64,000 nt of DNA from Alphaproteobacteria bacterium (GCA_028871345.1 JAGWNK010000015.1:7064-71063); one strand, 5' to 3'. Positions 13,792 through 26,735 are shown, counted from the first letter of the stretch. Program-made: numbers and translations. Notes: a model not told the origin generated them from the sequence alone.

Positions 13792-15392
13792 CCTGCCGCC
13801 TTGGCGATCTGGTCGGCGTTCTTCAGCACCCGCTCGTCGACATAATCGAGATACTTGCGGAAATTGTCGCGGAACATGCCGGCGAGCTTCTGGGCCTGCG
13901 CGTCGTAGGCCGCCTTGTCGGCCCAGCTGTCGCGCGGGTGCAGGAGTTTGGGGTCGATGCCGTCGACATGCACCGGCGTGCGGAAGCCGAACACCGGATC
14001 GACGCGCCACTGGCTGGCGGCCAAGGGACCGCTGAGTGCGGCGTTGAGCAAAGCGCGCGTCAGCTTGATCGGCATGCGCTTGGCGCCCTGGGCCACGGGC
14101 CCCGTCCAGCCGGTGTTGACGAGCCAGCAATCGCAATCGTGCTGGTCGATCAGGTCGCGCAGCAGGTTGCCGTAGACCGAGGGATGGCGCGGCATGAAGG
14201 GCGCCCCGAAGCAGGTCGAAAACGTCGGCTGGGGGTCCTTGCCGAGGCCCTTCTCGGTGCCGGCGACGCGCGACGTGAAGCCCGACAGGAAGTGGTACAT
14301 CGCCTGGCTGGGCGACAGCTTGGCGATCGGGGGCAAGACGCCGAAGGCGTCGGCCGTCAGCATGATGACGTTGGCCGGATGCGGCGCGCATCCCGTCTCG
14401 CTGGCGTGCGGGATGAAATCGATGGGATAGGCGGCGCGCGTGTTCTCGGTGTAGCGGTCGTCGTCGAGATCGAGCGCGCCGGTTGCCGGGTCAACCACCA
14501 CGTTCTCGAGCACGGTGCCGAAGCGGCGCGTCGTCGAATAGATCTCGGGCTCGGCCTCGGGCGACAGGCGGATCACCTTGGCGTAGCAGCCGCCTTCGAA
14601 GTTGAAGACGCCTTCGTGGCCCCAGCCGTGCTCGTCGTCGCCGATCAGGGTACGGCTGGAATCGGCGGACAGCGTGGTCTTGCCGGTGCCCGAGAGCCCG
14701 AAGAAGATCGCCGACTTGCCGTCCTCGCCGACATTGGCGGAGCAGTGCATCGGCATCACGCGATCGTCGGGCAAAAGATAGTTGAGGATGGTGAAGACCG
14801 ACTTCTTCATCTCGCCCGCATAGGACGTGCCGCCGATGAGGACGAGCCGCTTGGCGAAGTTCACGGCGATGACCGTCGAGGTGGCGCAGCCGTGCTTCGA
14901 CGGCTCGGCCGAGAAACCCGGCAGATCGACGATGACAAAGCCGGGATCGAAGTCCTCGAGCGCCGCCGCCTGCGGGCGCAGCAGCAGATTGCGGATGAAC
15001 AGCGAATGCCAGGCGTACTCGGTCGCCACCCGCACGCTCAGCCGGTGGGCGGGATCGGCGCCCGCCAAGAGATCCTGGACGAACAGTTCCCGGCCCCGCG
15101 CATAGGCCAGCATGTCGGCTTCCAGCCGGGTAAACGCTTCCGGCGCCATGGCCTGGTTGTTGTCCCACCATACGCGTCCGGCCGAGGCTTCGTCGCGCAC
15201 GATATATTTGTCATTCGGCGATCGGCCCGTGTGGCGCCCCGTCAGCACCGCGATGGCGCCCCCGTCGGCCAGCCGCCCTTCGCCGCGCCGGATCGCCGCT
15301 TCGTAAAGGGCCGGCGCGCCCAGATTGCGATGCGCCGCCGCGAGTTCGCGGAATCCGTGGGTTTCCCAGACCTGCGCCCTGAGTTCGGACAT
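13788..15392 (-). CDS. pckA: Phosphoenolpyruvate carboxykinase (ATP)
   Basis: [22 protein letters not shown] and IGDDEHGW are present. ATG 15392 ([10 protein letters not shown]...). Confidence 0.95.
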   Translation of the reverse strand: MSELRAQVWETHGFRELAAAHRNLGAPALYEAAIRRGEGRLADGGAIAVLTGRHTGRSPNDKYIVRDEASAGRVWWDNNQAMAPEAFTRLEADMLAYARGRELFVQDLLAGADPAHRLSVRVATEYAWHSLFIRNLLLRPQAAALEDFDPGFVIVDLPGFSAEPSKHGCATSTVIAVNFAKRLVLIGGTSYAGEMKKSVFTILNYLLPDDRVMPMHCSANVGEDGKSAIFFGLSGTGKTTLSADSSRTLIGDDEHGWGHEGVFNFEGGCYAKVIRLSPEAEPEIYSTTRRFGTVLENVVVDPATGALDLDDDRYTENTRAAYPIDFIPHASETGCAPHPANVIMLTADAFGVLPPIAKLSPSQAMYHFLSGFTSRVAGTEKGLGKDPQPTFSTCFGAPFMPRHPSVYGNLLRDLIDQHDCDCWLVNTGWTGPVAQGAKRMPIKLTRALLNAALSGPLAASQWRVDPVFGFRTPVHVDGIDPKLLHPRDSWADKAAYDAQAQKLAGMFRDNFRKYLDYVDERVLKNADQIAKAAG

Positions 15393-15584
15393 ATCTACCT
15401 TCTTCGTCGCAATCGATGTCGCTTTTTGTTTCGTCGTGACGCCTGGAAAATGGATGATTATTTCTCTGTATAGTCGTTGCATCCTGTGCTGTGAACGCAG
15501 CGCGGACAGCGGCGAAACGTCGCGAAGCCAACATTGTTTCATCGGTCCGGGCAAGACCTGCGAGCGCATGCGTTAGGGAAGGAT

Positions 15585-16367
15585 ATGCACTTTACCGACG
15601 AGGACCTGGAACGCTACGCCCGCCACATCGTGTTGCGCGAAGTGGGCGGTGCCGGGCAGGCGAAACTGCGGCAGTCGCGCGTGCTGGTGATCGGCGCGGG
15701 CGGCCTGGGCAGCCCGGCGATCCTCTACCTTGCGGCGGCCGGCGTGGGTACGATCGGCATCGTCGACTTCGACGTGGTCAGCCTGTCGAACCTGCAGCGC
15801 CAGATCGCGCACAAAACCGCCGACATCGGCCGCTTCAAGACGGAATCCGCAGTGGAGACCGCGCACGCCATCAATCCGCACGTGGCCTTCGAGCCTTATC
15901 GCGTGCGGCTCGGCGCCGACAACGCAGAAGGCATCATCGGGCGCTACGACGTGGTGGCGGACGGCTCGGACAATTTCGCCACCCGGTTCCTGGTGGCCGA
16001 CGCCTGCTTCCTCGCGGGCAAGACGCTGGTCAGCGCCGCCATCAGCGAATTCTCGGGCCAGCTCTCGACGTTCAAGACGGGCGGCCCTTGCTACCGCTGC
16101 CTGTTCCCCGAGCCGCCGCCGGCGGAAACCGTGCGCTCCTGCACCGAGACGGGCGTGCTCGGCGCCGCAACGGGGGTGATGGGAACGCTGATGGCGCTGG
16201 AGGTCATCAAGGAGATCACCGGCGCGGGCGACAGCATGGCGGGGCGGCTCCTGATCTACGAAGCGCTGGAAGCGCGCTTCCGCACCGTGACGTTGAAGCG
16301 CGATCCGGAATGCGCCTTGTGCGGCGCCGCGCCGCGCTATCGCGACCTCAGCCACCATCGGGCGTAG
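15585..16367 (+). CDS. moeB: Molybdopterin-synthase adenylyltransferase MoeB / ThiF family
   Basis: RYARHIVLREVGGAGQAKL, VIGAGGLGSPAILYLAAAGVG, SNLQRQ and CYRCLFPEPP are present. ATG 15585. Confidence 0.85.
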   Translation: MHFTDEDLERYARHIVLREVGGAGQAKLRQSRVLVIGAGGLGSPAILYLAAAGVGTIGIVDFDVVSLSNLQRQIAHKTADIGRFKTESAVETAHAINPHVAFEPYRVRLGADNAEGIIGRYDVVADGSDNFATRFLVADACFLAGKTLVSAAISEFSGQLSTFKTGGPCYRCLFPEPPPAETVRSCTETGVLGAATGVMGTLMALEVIKEITGAGDSMAGRLLIYEALEARFRTVTLKRDPECALCGAAPRYRDLSHHRA

Positions 16368-16419
16368 CCAGCCGGCAATTGGTGCTGCACCCGCAATATT
16401 CGCGTGGCCTTCGAACCGG

Positions 16420-17370
16420 TTATCGCGGTGCGTGCGGCAGAATCCCGATCGTGCGAAGCCACTGTTCGACAAGCACCGGCCAGTGCGTGATCGCAAGCGC
16501 CGTCGGCCGCAGACCGAACGCATGCCCGCCCTGTGCGTACAGATGCATCTCCACCGGTACGTCGTCCTTTTTCAATGCAGCGTAGTAGACCAGTGATTGC
16601 TTCACGCCGTCCACGTTGTCGTCTTCTGCCTGCACCAAGAATGTGGGTGGTGTTTCACTGGAGACGGCAATGTTGGGATTCAGGCTGCCGTTATCAGTCG
16701 CGAGATGTCCTGGATAGACAAGCACCGCAAAATCCGGGCGGGCACTCTCTTGGTCGGCATCGTCTACGGGTGCGTACAAGCGGTGCCTATAATTCGTGCT
16801 GATTTCCGCCGCGAGGTATCCGCCTGCCGAAAACCCGAGTACGCCAATCTTGTGTGAATCAATGCGCCATTCCCTGGCGTGAAGGCGCACAATTCCGATG
16901 GCTCTTTGGGCATCCTGTAGCGACGGCGTTGAAGTCACGAGATTGTCGGGGCGACACCTGCAATGCCAATCATACGGCTCGCTCGGCACGCGATACTTCA
17001 GCAAGATGCAGCTGATGCCCTTGGACGTCAGCCAGTCGCAGACTTCCGTGCCTTCGAGATCGATGGCCAGCACTTCGAAGCCGCCGCCCGGAAACACCAC
17101 GACGGCCGCCCCGCTGTTCTTCCCAATCGGCGAATAGACCGTCATCGTCGGCCGCGAGACGTTCATAACCGCCACATAGTGGCGTCCGGCGACGAGATGA
17201 CTGGTGGTCACCGCGGTTTCCGGCCCGGGAACCGGCTCTGCGTCAGGCACCTTGTCCGGCCATATCGGCATTTGCGCGTGGCCCCGAGACGGCGCCCAGG
17301 TGTCCGCCAACGCGTGTTCGCCACCGAGCGCAATCACCGCACAAAGTGCAAGGCTCAAGAACTTCATCAC
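16420..17370 (-). CDS. Secreted alpha/beta-hydrolase (esterase/lipase-like)
   Basis: Signal peptide MMKFLSLALCAVIALGG. The nucleophile elbow is GFSAGG, with VVFPGGGF and a C-terminal GGHAF. G+C is visibly lower than in the neighbouring genes. Confidence 0.75.
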   Translation of the reverse strand: MMKFLSLALCAVIALGGEHALADTWAPSRGHAQMPIWPDKVPDAEPVPGPETAVTTSHLVAGRHYVAVMNVSRPTMTVYSPIGKNSGAAVVVFPGGGFEVLAIDLEGTEVCDWLTSKGISCILLKYRVPSEPYDWHCRCRPDNLVTSTPSLQDAQRAIGIVRLHAREWRIDSHKIGVLGFSAGGYLAAEISTNYRHRLYAPVDDADQESARPDFAVLVYPGHLATDNGSLNPNIAVSSETPPTFLVQAEDDNVDGVKQSLVYYAALKKDDVPVEMHLYAQGGHAFGLRPTALAITHWPVLVEQWLRTIGILPHAPR

Positions 17371-17465
17371 CGGCTCCGGTCCTCTGTCGCGAGACGAAAG
17401 CCTTGTCGGCGGCGCTACGACCGGTTTCGGCTCCGCATCAACGCTGCCCCCAAATTGCGCATGCT

Positions 17466-20423
<2,958 letters not shown>

Positions 20424-20636
20424 TCCACGAAGCCTTCGTCGCCCATCTCGAGATAGACCTTGGGATGGCCGAGCACCCCGCCGTTGCCGTCGCAGGCGAC
20501 GCGGGTGGTTTCCACTTCGATGACTTCGGGGGCGTCAAGCATGGCCAAGTTCCGGTTTGAGGCGGGCGGATGATAGTCAGGACGGGGCCCCAAGCAACCG
20601 CTTTGCCTGGACGCGGGGCGGGGATAAGTTTCCTGC

Positions 20637-21194
20637 ATGGTTCTGCTCAATCGCATCTACACCAAGACCGGGGACAAAGGCACGACGGGGCTGGGCAACG
20701 GCCGGCGCGTGCCCAAGCACAGCCTGCGCATCGAGGCTCTGGGCGCCGTCGACGAAGCCAACGCGGCGGTGGGCGTGGCGCGCCTGCACGCCAAAGGGGC
20801 GGCCGACGCCATGCTGGCGCGCATCCAGAACGACTTGTTCGACCTGGGAGCGGGCGTCTGCGTGCCCGAGGATCCGGCCAAGGACCGGGTGCGCCTGAAG
20901 GCGGCGGAAAGCCAGGTGACCCGCCTCGAGCGCGAGATCGACGCCATGACCGCCAAGCAGAAGCCGCTCACCTCGTTCGTGCTGCCGGGCGGCACGGCCC
21001 TGGCCGCCCATCTGCATGTGGCGCGCGCCGCGGTGCGCCGGGCCGAGCGCCGCCTGACGGCGCTGGCCGAGCAGGAGACGGTCGACGGCGAAGCGCTGCG
21101 CTACATCAACCGGCTGTCGGATCTTCTGTTCGTGGCGGCGCGGGCCGCCAACCGCGGCAAGGACGTGCTGTGGCAGCCGGGCGCAACGCGCTGA
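20637..21194 (+). CDS. PduO-type ATP:cob(I)alamin adenosyltransferase
   Basis: MVLLNRIYTKTGDKGTTGL is the hallmark N-terminus. DEANAAVG, and FVLPGG are also present. Confidence 0.88.
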   Translation: MVLLNRIYTKTGDKGTTGLGNGRRVPKHSLRIEALGAVDEANAAVGVARLHAKGAADAMLARIQNDLFDLGAGVCVPEDPAKDRVRLKAAESQVTRLEREIDAMTAKQKPLTSFVLPGGTALAAHLHVARAAVRRAERRLTALAEQETVDGEALRYINRLSDLLFVAARAANRGKDVLWQPGATR

Positions 21195-21209
21195 GTGTTT
21201 GCGGCGAGA

Positions 21210-21524
21210 TCAGGCTTCTTCGTGATGGCGGCCGAAGATGAAGGCGAGGGTGACGCCCAGCACGCCGCTCAGCGCCCAGCCCGGAATCGACAACAGAGAC
21301 AAGATGGCGCCCGCCAAAAAGCCCGGCAGGCTGCCGTTGGTCCAGCCCTTGAACGCAGCGACGCTCGCCGGATCGAACATCCCCCACACGGTTTCGATGG
21401 AACGCACCGCGATCTCGCCGTGATGTTCGAGGGAGGAGACGGCATCGGCGCCGAGCAGCATCAAGGCCACCACCACCAGCACCAGACTGACGATCCGCAT
21501 CAAGACATACATCTTCGCCCCCAT
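21210..21524 (-). CDS. Small membrane protein, unknown function
   Basis: 104-aa ORF with two or three hydrophobic spans (MRIVSLVLVVVALMLLG; GFLAGAILSLLSIPGWALSGVLGVTLAFIF). No recognised family. Confidence 0.45.
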   Translation of the reverse strand: MGAKMYVLMRIVSLVLVVVALMLLGADAVSSLEHHGEIAVRSIETVWGMFDPASVAAFKGWTNGSLPGFLAGAILSLLSIPGWALSGVLGVTLAFIFGRHHEEA

Positions 21525-21619
21525 CCCAGCCCAAGACGACTAGCCTGGAAATGTGACGGTAATGCCGGCGCGAAACAAGAATGGAAAACCGCCGTTAACC
21601 AACAATGGCGCGGCGGCAC

Positions 21620-22090
21620 TCAGCCGCGGGGCGGATAGAAGGTGCCGTCCTTGTGCGCGAAACGGTCGAGCCTGGAATCGATCTGCAGATCGATGTCGGG
21701 ATAGGTGCAGAAATCGTCGTCGGAGCGCGTGCCGATTTCGAGCAGCAGGGCGGGGCGCCGCGCGCGGTTGACGAGATGGTGGCCGTTGCCGTCGTTCCTG
21801 GGAAACGCCGCACAATCGCCGGGGCGCAGAATTTCTTCGCCGGCATCGGTGATCATCACCACTTCGCCGTCGAGCACATAGACGAACTCGTCTTCGCCGG
21901 TGTGGGTGTGGCGCTGGCTCGACCAGGCATCGGGGGGCAGCGTCAGGAGATTGACGCCGAACTGCGTCAGGCCGCCGGCATCGCCCAGCGCCTTGCGCAC
22001 CCGCTCGCGGCAGGGCTCATCGAAGGGGGCGGGATAGCCGCTGCCTTTGCGTTCCTTCAGCGCCTTCACATCGATCTTGGGCATGGCCAA
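21620..22090 (-). CDS. Cupin domain protein
   Basis: HTHTGEDEFVYVLDGEVVM...PGDCAAFP matches cupin motifs 1 and 2. Confidence 0.75.
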   Translation of the reverse strand: MAMPKIDVKALKERKGSGYPAPFDEPCRERVRKALGDAGGLTQFGVNLLTLPPDAWSSQRHTHTGEDEFVYVLDGEVVMITDAGEEILRPGDCAAFPRNDGNGHHLVNRARRPALLLEIGTRSDDDFCTYPDIDLQIDSRLDRFAHKDGTFYPPRG

Positions 22091-22213
22091 TTCCTTCCGG
22101 ACGTTGCGCCGGCAGCGTTGCGGGAGAGGCCGCAGCGGTCAAGCGCGCGCGATGCCGAGTGGGGTATCGGTTTTCCGCGGGACTCGACTTCAGCTGCGAC
22201 GCCTCCTCCTTTC

Positions 22214-22235
22214 TTCCCCCGTTCACGGGGGAAGT
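22214..22235 (+). repeat. Hairpin repeat family copy (CTTCCCCCG-TTCA-CGGGGGAAG) with shared flank and tail
   Basis: The CCTTTCTTCCCCCGTTCACGGGGGAAGTGCCGGCGA... pattern is shared with the copies at 32499, 33096 and 39611(-). Confidence 0.8.
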
Positions 22236-22418
22236 GCCGGCGAATCCGGCGACAGCAAACCCCCATCGCCGACGCGCCGTCATCGGATTGGCGCAGGATT
22301 GTCACCCGGTGATGTCGGCGACAATCATTGAGACAAAGAGCGCCCGATCGCGCTCTCGTTGCGGCGCGAGGCCTGGTGTAGCATTTGCGCCAGGTCGGCG
22401 GCGGAGGCTTGAAGGGAA

Positions 22419-22658
22419 ATGAGAGTCACGTGGGAGACTTTGGCAGCGGCCGCTCTGGTCGCGGCCAGCATCCTGTTCATCGGCCGCTACCAGATTTCAG
22501 CGGCCGGAGGCGGCGAGCAAGCTGGCGCCAGGATCGAGATTTACCGACTGGATCGGTGGACCGGCAGGGTCGTCAGCTGCGACGAGTCCACGACGGGGCC
22601 GGGCACGACGCGGATCGAATGCCCTGCGAATGACCCCGCCGTCCAAAGGGCAAACTAG
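22419..22658 (+). CDS. Hypothetical small protein with an N-terminal hydrophobic anchor
   Basis: 79-aa ORF (MRVTWETLAAAALVAASILFIG...IYRLDRWTGRVVSC...). No family recognised and the start context is weak. Confidence 0.3.
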   Translation: MRVTWETLAAAALVAASILFIGRYQISAAGGGEQAGARIEIYRLDRWTGRVVSCDESTTGPGTTRIECPANDPAVQRAN

Positions 22659-22818
22659 GAAACGTCTTGCCGACCCGGCCTGTGACGCGACCAGGACCGG
22701 CGGCTGATGTCGGACGTGCATCCCGCGCAATCCATTGCCGCGAGCGCTTCAACGGGAGTCTTCGACGCGTGCCCCGCCGGGCAGTTTTGACGACCGGGGC
22801 CGGATGCGACACCGCCGT

Positions 22819-23202
22819 CTATGATGCCGCCGCCCTGCGCCTGTTCCAGGACCAGTTGTAGAGCAGGCCGAGGACCACAAGCGCCGCGAACACCACCAGC
22901 ATGTTGTTGGGAGGTCTGGTGGGCTGAATCAGTCCGAAAATGTGCAGGCCGGCGAGGCCGGCAACGATCACTGCCAAGAGGCCGAAGAATGCCGTTCCCA
23001 CCCAGGCCCAGCGCCAGGCCAACCCGATGACCACCGTGACGGGCACGAGAATCAGGAAGGGAATGAGGCCCGTCCAGGCAAACGGCAGGCCCCTGGCCTG
23101 CGCCGAGACGGTTTCACCGATCGCCATCCACCAGAGGAGGATAATAATCAGTAGACTGATCAATCGCGATGTCCACCACACCAAGCCGGAGGATTTCGCC
23201 AT
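22819..23202 (-). CDS. Integral membrane protein, unknown function
   Basis: 127-aa ORF with four clear hydrophobic helices (LISLLIIILLWWMAIG, LIPFLILVPVTVVIGLAW, etc.). Confidence 0.5.
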   Translation of the reverse strand: MAKSSGLVWWTSRLISLLIIILLWWMAIGETVSAQARGLPFAWTGLIPFLILVPVTVVIGLAWRWAWVGTAFFGLLAVIVAGLAGLHIFGLIQPTRPPNNMLVVFAALVVLGLLYNWSWNRRRAAAS

Positions 23203-23357
23203 GGCGCGCCATCCTTTCGATCACACCGCGAGAATACCACCGCAGCGCGAGAGTGGGCGGATTGCATCGCAGGCGCATCGGCGAACCATTGTCACCCGCA
23301 TTGCCGCGCAGGGCGCGCGCCGGCGCCAAGCGCCCCAATAGGGAAGCCTTCGGCGGT

Positions 23358-23954
23358 TCACGCCAGGCCCAGCTTGATCGGGCAGAGGGCCCGCATGCCG
23401 AAGGAGATCACGTGGTCGACGGTGCGCTCATCGGGGCCGAGGGGAAGGCAGAGGATTTCCGCGTCGCGGAAGTTCACTTCGGGCGTGTCGTGGCCGGCCT
23501 TGATGGACAATGCATAAGGCCGGCGGCTGTCGAACACGCGCCGGTTCACCGTCTGCCAATTCGCCGCGGTGTGCGGCAAATCCCTGGCGAGGTCGCTGAG
23601 ACGGCGGTGCAGCAGCGGGGCGCGATAGGCGCGCGTCACTTCATCGCCGACGATCCTCAGTTCGAAATCGGCCCCATCGTCGATGACTTTCACCAGCGCC
23701 ATGTAAGTGAGCAGGCCGGCCATGTCGCGCGGCGCCAGGTCTTCACGCGCGGGATAGGCGCGATCCCCCCGCAGCTTCTGCCAATACGCCAGACCCGTCT
23801 TGGTGATGGATGTGCACAACTGGCCGAGCGCAAGGGCGTCGTAGGACGTCACATCCGGAAAGTTCTTTTCGGCGGAGCGTTCGACCCCCGCCTCCTCGGC
23901 CGGCCGTGTGTCTTGGTGCGGGACCATGGCAAATCCAGGCGTTCCGTAGGTCAC
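23358..23954 (-). CDS. PAS_5 (PF07310-type) PAS domain protein
   Basis: LAYWQKLRGDRAYPAREDLAPRDMAGLLTYMALVKVIDDGADFELRIVGDEV is the pattern typical of the alphaproteobacterial PAS_5/DUF1457 family. Confidence 0.7.
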   Translation of the reverse strand: MTYGTPGFAMVPHQDTRPAEEAGVERSAEKNFPDVTSYDALALGQLCTSITKTGLAYWQKLRGDRAYPAREDLAPRDMAGLLTYMALVKVIDDGADFELRIVGDEVTRAYRAPLLHRRLSDLARDLPHTAANWQTVNRRVFDSRRPYALSIKAGHDTPEVNFRDAEILCLPLGPDERTVDHVISFGMRALCPIKLGLA

Positions 23955-24345
23955 GCGCGGACCCTAATGCGATGCGTTTAAGCAGCCATGAAGAGCGCGA
24001 ATATGGAATGAATGTGATTTGCACCGATGCGCAGAGCGGGACGGATTCCCCCGCGTCATCGCACCGGCAACGGTGCCATTCGCCCGGAAATCCCGAGGAC
24101 TTGCTCCTGCCGCAACAAAACTTCTGCCCCTGTCGCAACTCCCCCTCAGCGCCAGTCCAAGCCGCGAAGCGCTCCGCAAGCCAAGGCGCCGCCCCCGATA
24201 TCACATTCCCGCCGCCGGCGAACCGGTCCCGCAGCAATTGCCGTCACGCCGAGATCGCGCCCGAGTGATGATCCGAAAACGGATCATCACTCGCGATGTC
24301 GGTTGCGAAGCCTGAAGCGACAAACCCCCGACGCGGCGCCGGCGC

Positions 24346-25623
24346 CTATTCGGGCCCTCGGTGCCTCTTGTCGTTGCCGCGGTCGTTGCCGCGTTCCGGC
24401 GGGCGTCGGTCGTAGGACGGCTGGTGCGCGGGCGGCGCCGAATGGAACTGCTGACCGCCGCCATAGAAGGCGTGGCCGCTGTCGGGCGTCATGTAGGACG
24501 GCGCCTCGGAATGGCTGTAGCTGCGCTCGTTGTAGCGGGCGCGATCGGGCGCCATGAAGGACGGCGCGGCGGCGTGGTGATAGCTGTGCTCGTTGTAGCG
24601 GGTGCGATCGGTGTTGAAGCGGTCGCGCGCGTAGGAATCACCGTGGTCCGTGGGCTGGTAGGACCGGTGATAGGTGGGGCGCCCATCGAACTCGAGATGG
24701 CCGTAATTGGCATCGGAAGAACCGTGCGCCCGGTCGAAAGTCCGCGGGGCGCGGCCATAGGCCGAATCCGAAGGCCCGCGATTGCGATCCTGATATCGCG
24801 ACGCGTGGTCGGTCATCCAGGGGCTCGACGCCGGATGCCCGCCGAACCGGTCCTGGCGCGCGGGATGCCAGTCCGTGAAGCCGCGGCCGGCATGCGCCGC
24901 CCCGACGATGCCCGCGCCGTGCAGAACCGCCGGGCGCATGGTGGCGGCGATGGGCGGGGCGCCGTGGTTGAAGCGCACGCGCAGATCGGGCGTGCGGCGC
25001 GCCAAGGCCAGATGCTCGCGCTGCATGGGCGTGGGGTCGATGTGGCGCCCTCTGGCAACCGCCAGCTGCTGCGGCGTGGGCCGCACCTGCACGCCGCCGC
25101 GGCCGCCGTTGTAACTGACGTTGTTGACCGAGTTGTTGATCACGGTCCGGTTGTAAACCGTCGTGATGTTGGTCTCCGAGACGTTGTTGACGGTGCTGTT
25201 GTAGTAGAACCGGTCGTCGCGCCAATAGCCGCCCTCGTATCCATAGCCGTCGTAGCCGAAGCCGTAGTCGATGCCGCCGTAGAAGCCGACGCTGGGACCC
25301 CAATAACCGGTATAGAAGGCGTACTCATCATCTTCGTCGTCGAAGGCCCAGTAGCCCGGCGTCCAGTACATGCCGACCAGCGGCGGCAGCACCCAGGTTC
25401 CCGGCACCCAGTAGTAATCGTCGTCGTCGTCATCCCAGGCCCAATAGCCGGGGGTCCAGATGTAGCCGTATCCCGGACAAGGCGGCTGGTCGTAGACGGG
25501 CAGCGGCGGCGGCGCGAAATTGACGAAGATGCCGATGCCGACCTGCGCCTTGGCGGGCGAGGAGACGGCGGCGACGCCAAATCCCAGAAAGATCGCGAGG
25601 ACGATCGGATGCAGCTTGCGCAT
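24346..25623 (-). CDS. Secreted YXWGXW-repeat protein with a His/Tyr/Arg/Asp-rich repetitive C-terminal half
   Basis: ATG 25623 (MRKLHPIVLAIFLGFGVAAVSSPAKA, signal peptide). Repeats GYIWTPGYWAW, YYWVPGTWV and MYWTPGYWAF flank acidic runs. The C-terminal low-complexity region contains a 21-aa tandem repeat. Confidence 0.7.
   Translation of the reverse strand: MRKLHPIVLAIFLGFGVAAVSSPAKAQVGIGIFVNFAPPPLPVYDQPPCPGYGYIWTPGYWAWDDDDDDYYWVPGTWVLPPLVGMYWTPGYWAFDDEDDEYAFYTGYWGPSVGFYGGIDYGFGYDGYGYEGGYWRDDRFYYNSTVNNVSETNITTVYNRTVINNSVNNVSYNGGRGGVQVRPTPQQLAVARGRHIDPTPMQREHLALARRTPDLRVRFNHGAPPIAATMRPAVLHGAGIVGAAHAGRGFTDWHPARQDRFGGHPASSPWMTDHASRYQDRNRGPSDSAYGRAPRTFDRAHGSSDANYGHLEFDGRPTYHRSYQPTDHGDSYARDRFNTDRTRYNEHSYHHAAAPSFMAPDRARYNERSYSHSEAPSYMTPDSGHAFYGGGQQFHSAPPAHQPSYDRRPPERGNDRGNDKRHRGPE
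24484..24609. repeat. 2 x 63-bp tandem repeat inside the YXWGXW-protein gene
   Basis: Units 24484-24546 and 24547-24609 align base for base with about 12 differences. They encode DRARYNE(R/H)SY(S/H)H(S/A)(E/A)APS(Y/F)M(T/A)P. Confidence 0.85.
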
Positions 25624-26066
25624 GTCAGCTCCCTTGGTCCGAACCGGCGCTGGAACCTTCCAGAACACGCATGCCGTCTCGCCATCTCTTGGCTGTGTTC
25701 CAGCGTCGTGTCCCGCCAATCTGTTGGCCTGCACCTGAACCGGCGATGAACGGGAAGTTTCCGCTGCGGTGGCTGGTGGACGAAAATCTTCCGACGCCTA
25801 TCCATTGATCGAGAGAGATTTTGCGGTGGCACGCGGTTCCCCGGCGGGTTGGAGGATCGCCCAGCGCCGGTGTGCCGCCCGCCAACATGGCGCGCAGATC
25901 ATCCGTACCAATCATCCGTCTACGGAGTTCCGGCGAAACGCATGTACGACGGCGAAGCGCAACGATCCGGCGAAGCGCCGGTTGAATGCTGTCGGCGACC
26001 GCCCCGCCGGCGTCCCGCGGCGGGCTCGGCCGTTAAGAGCGATAATTCATCCATAGCCCGCCCATC

Positions 26067-26095
26067 TTGACATTATACCGACCAGTCGGTATACA
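26067..26095 (+). promoter_or_regulatory. Near-consensus sigma70 promoter with a perfect 20-bp palindromic operator in the spacer (TetR autoregulation site)
   Basis: TTGACA (26067-72), a 17-nt spacer, then TATACA (26090-95). The palindrome TATACCGAC-CA-GTCGGTATA lies at 26074-26093. The ATG at 26103 is 7 nt after the -10 box. Confidence 0.6.
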
Positions 26096-26102
26096 TCTCG
26101 TT

Positions 26103-26735
26103 ATGGACACAGCCACCCTCCACCCGATGGCGGCGGCCCGCCGCAAGCTGCTCGAGGCCGCCCTGTCGGTGATCCGCAGCAAGGGCTTCGAAGCCACCAC
26201 GGTTGACGAACTGTGCGCCGTGGCCGGCGTCGCCAAGGGCTCGTTCTTCCATCATTTCAAGACCAAGCAGGCGCTGGGCGTCGCCGCCGCCGAATACTGG
26301 TCGGAGCTGACCGGCGCCTTCTTCGCCGCCGCGCCTTATCACCGCCACGACGATCCGCTCGACCGCGTGCTCGGTTACATCGATTTCCGCAAGGCGATCC
26401 TCACGGGCAAGGTGCCCGAGTTCACCTGCCTCGTCGGGACCATGGTGCAGGAGGTCTACGAGACCTGTCCCGAGATCCGCGCCGCCTGCGACGCCAGCAT
26501 CAGCGCCCATGCCGCCAAGCTCGAAGCCGACATCGCCGAGGCGATGGAACGCCATGCCGTCCATGCCGGTTTCACCGCGGAGGGCCTGGCGCTGCACACC
26601 CAGGCGGTCCTGCAAGGGGCCTTCATCCTGGCCAAGGCCAAAGGCGATGCCGGCGTCGCCGCCGCCAGCGTCGATCACCTGCGCCGCTACATCACGCTTC
26701 TGTTTCAACCCCCCAAGGAAAGGAACCCGTCATGA
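26103..26735 (+). CDS. TetR/AcrR family transcriptional regulator
   Basis: RRKLLEAALSVIRSKGFEATTVDELCAVAGVAKGSFFHHFKTKQAL is the canonical TetR HTH. The start is ATG 26103 (or 26127); the TTG 26067 of the track ORF lies within the promoter. Confidence 0.85.
   Translation: MDTATLHPMAAARRKLLEAALSVIRSKGFEATTVDELCAVAGVAKGSFFHHFKTKQALGVAAAEYWSELTGAFFAAAPYHRHDDPLDRVLGYIDFRKAILTGKVPEFTCLVGTMVQEVYETCPEIRAACDASISAHAAKLEADIAEAMERHAVHAGFTAEGLALHTQAVLQGAFILAKAKGDAGVAAASVDHLRRYITLLFQPPKERNPS

Noticed and set aside
15493-15507. Near-SOS box GAAC-N7-GGAC in the pckA/moeB divergent region
   Set aside because: It has one mismatch in a short motif, and neither flanking gene is an expected SOS target. It is probably a chance occurrence.
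24361-25749. 462-aa plus-strand ORF mirroring the YXWGXW gene
   Set aside because: The minus-strand product has a signal peptide and recognisable YXWGXW repeats. The plus-strand product is featureless and Val/Gly/Arg-rich.
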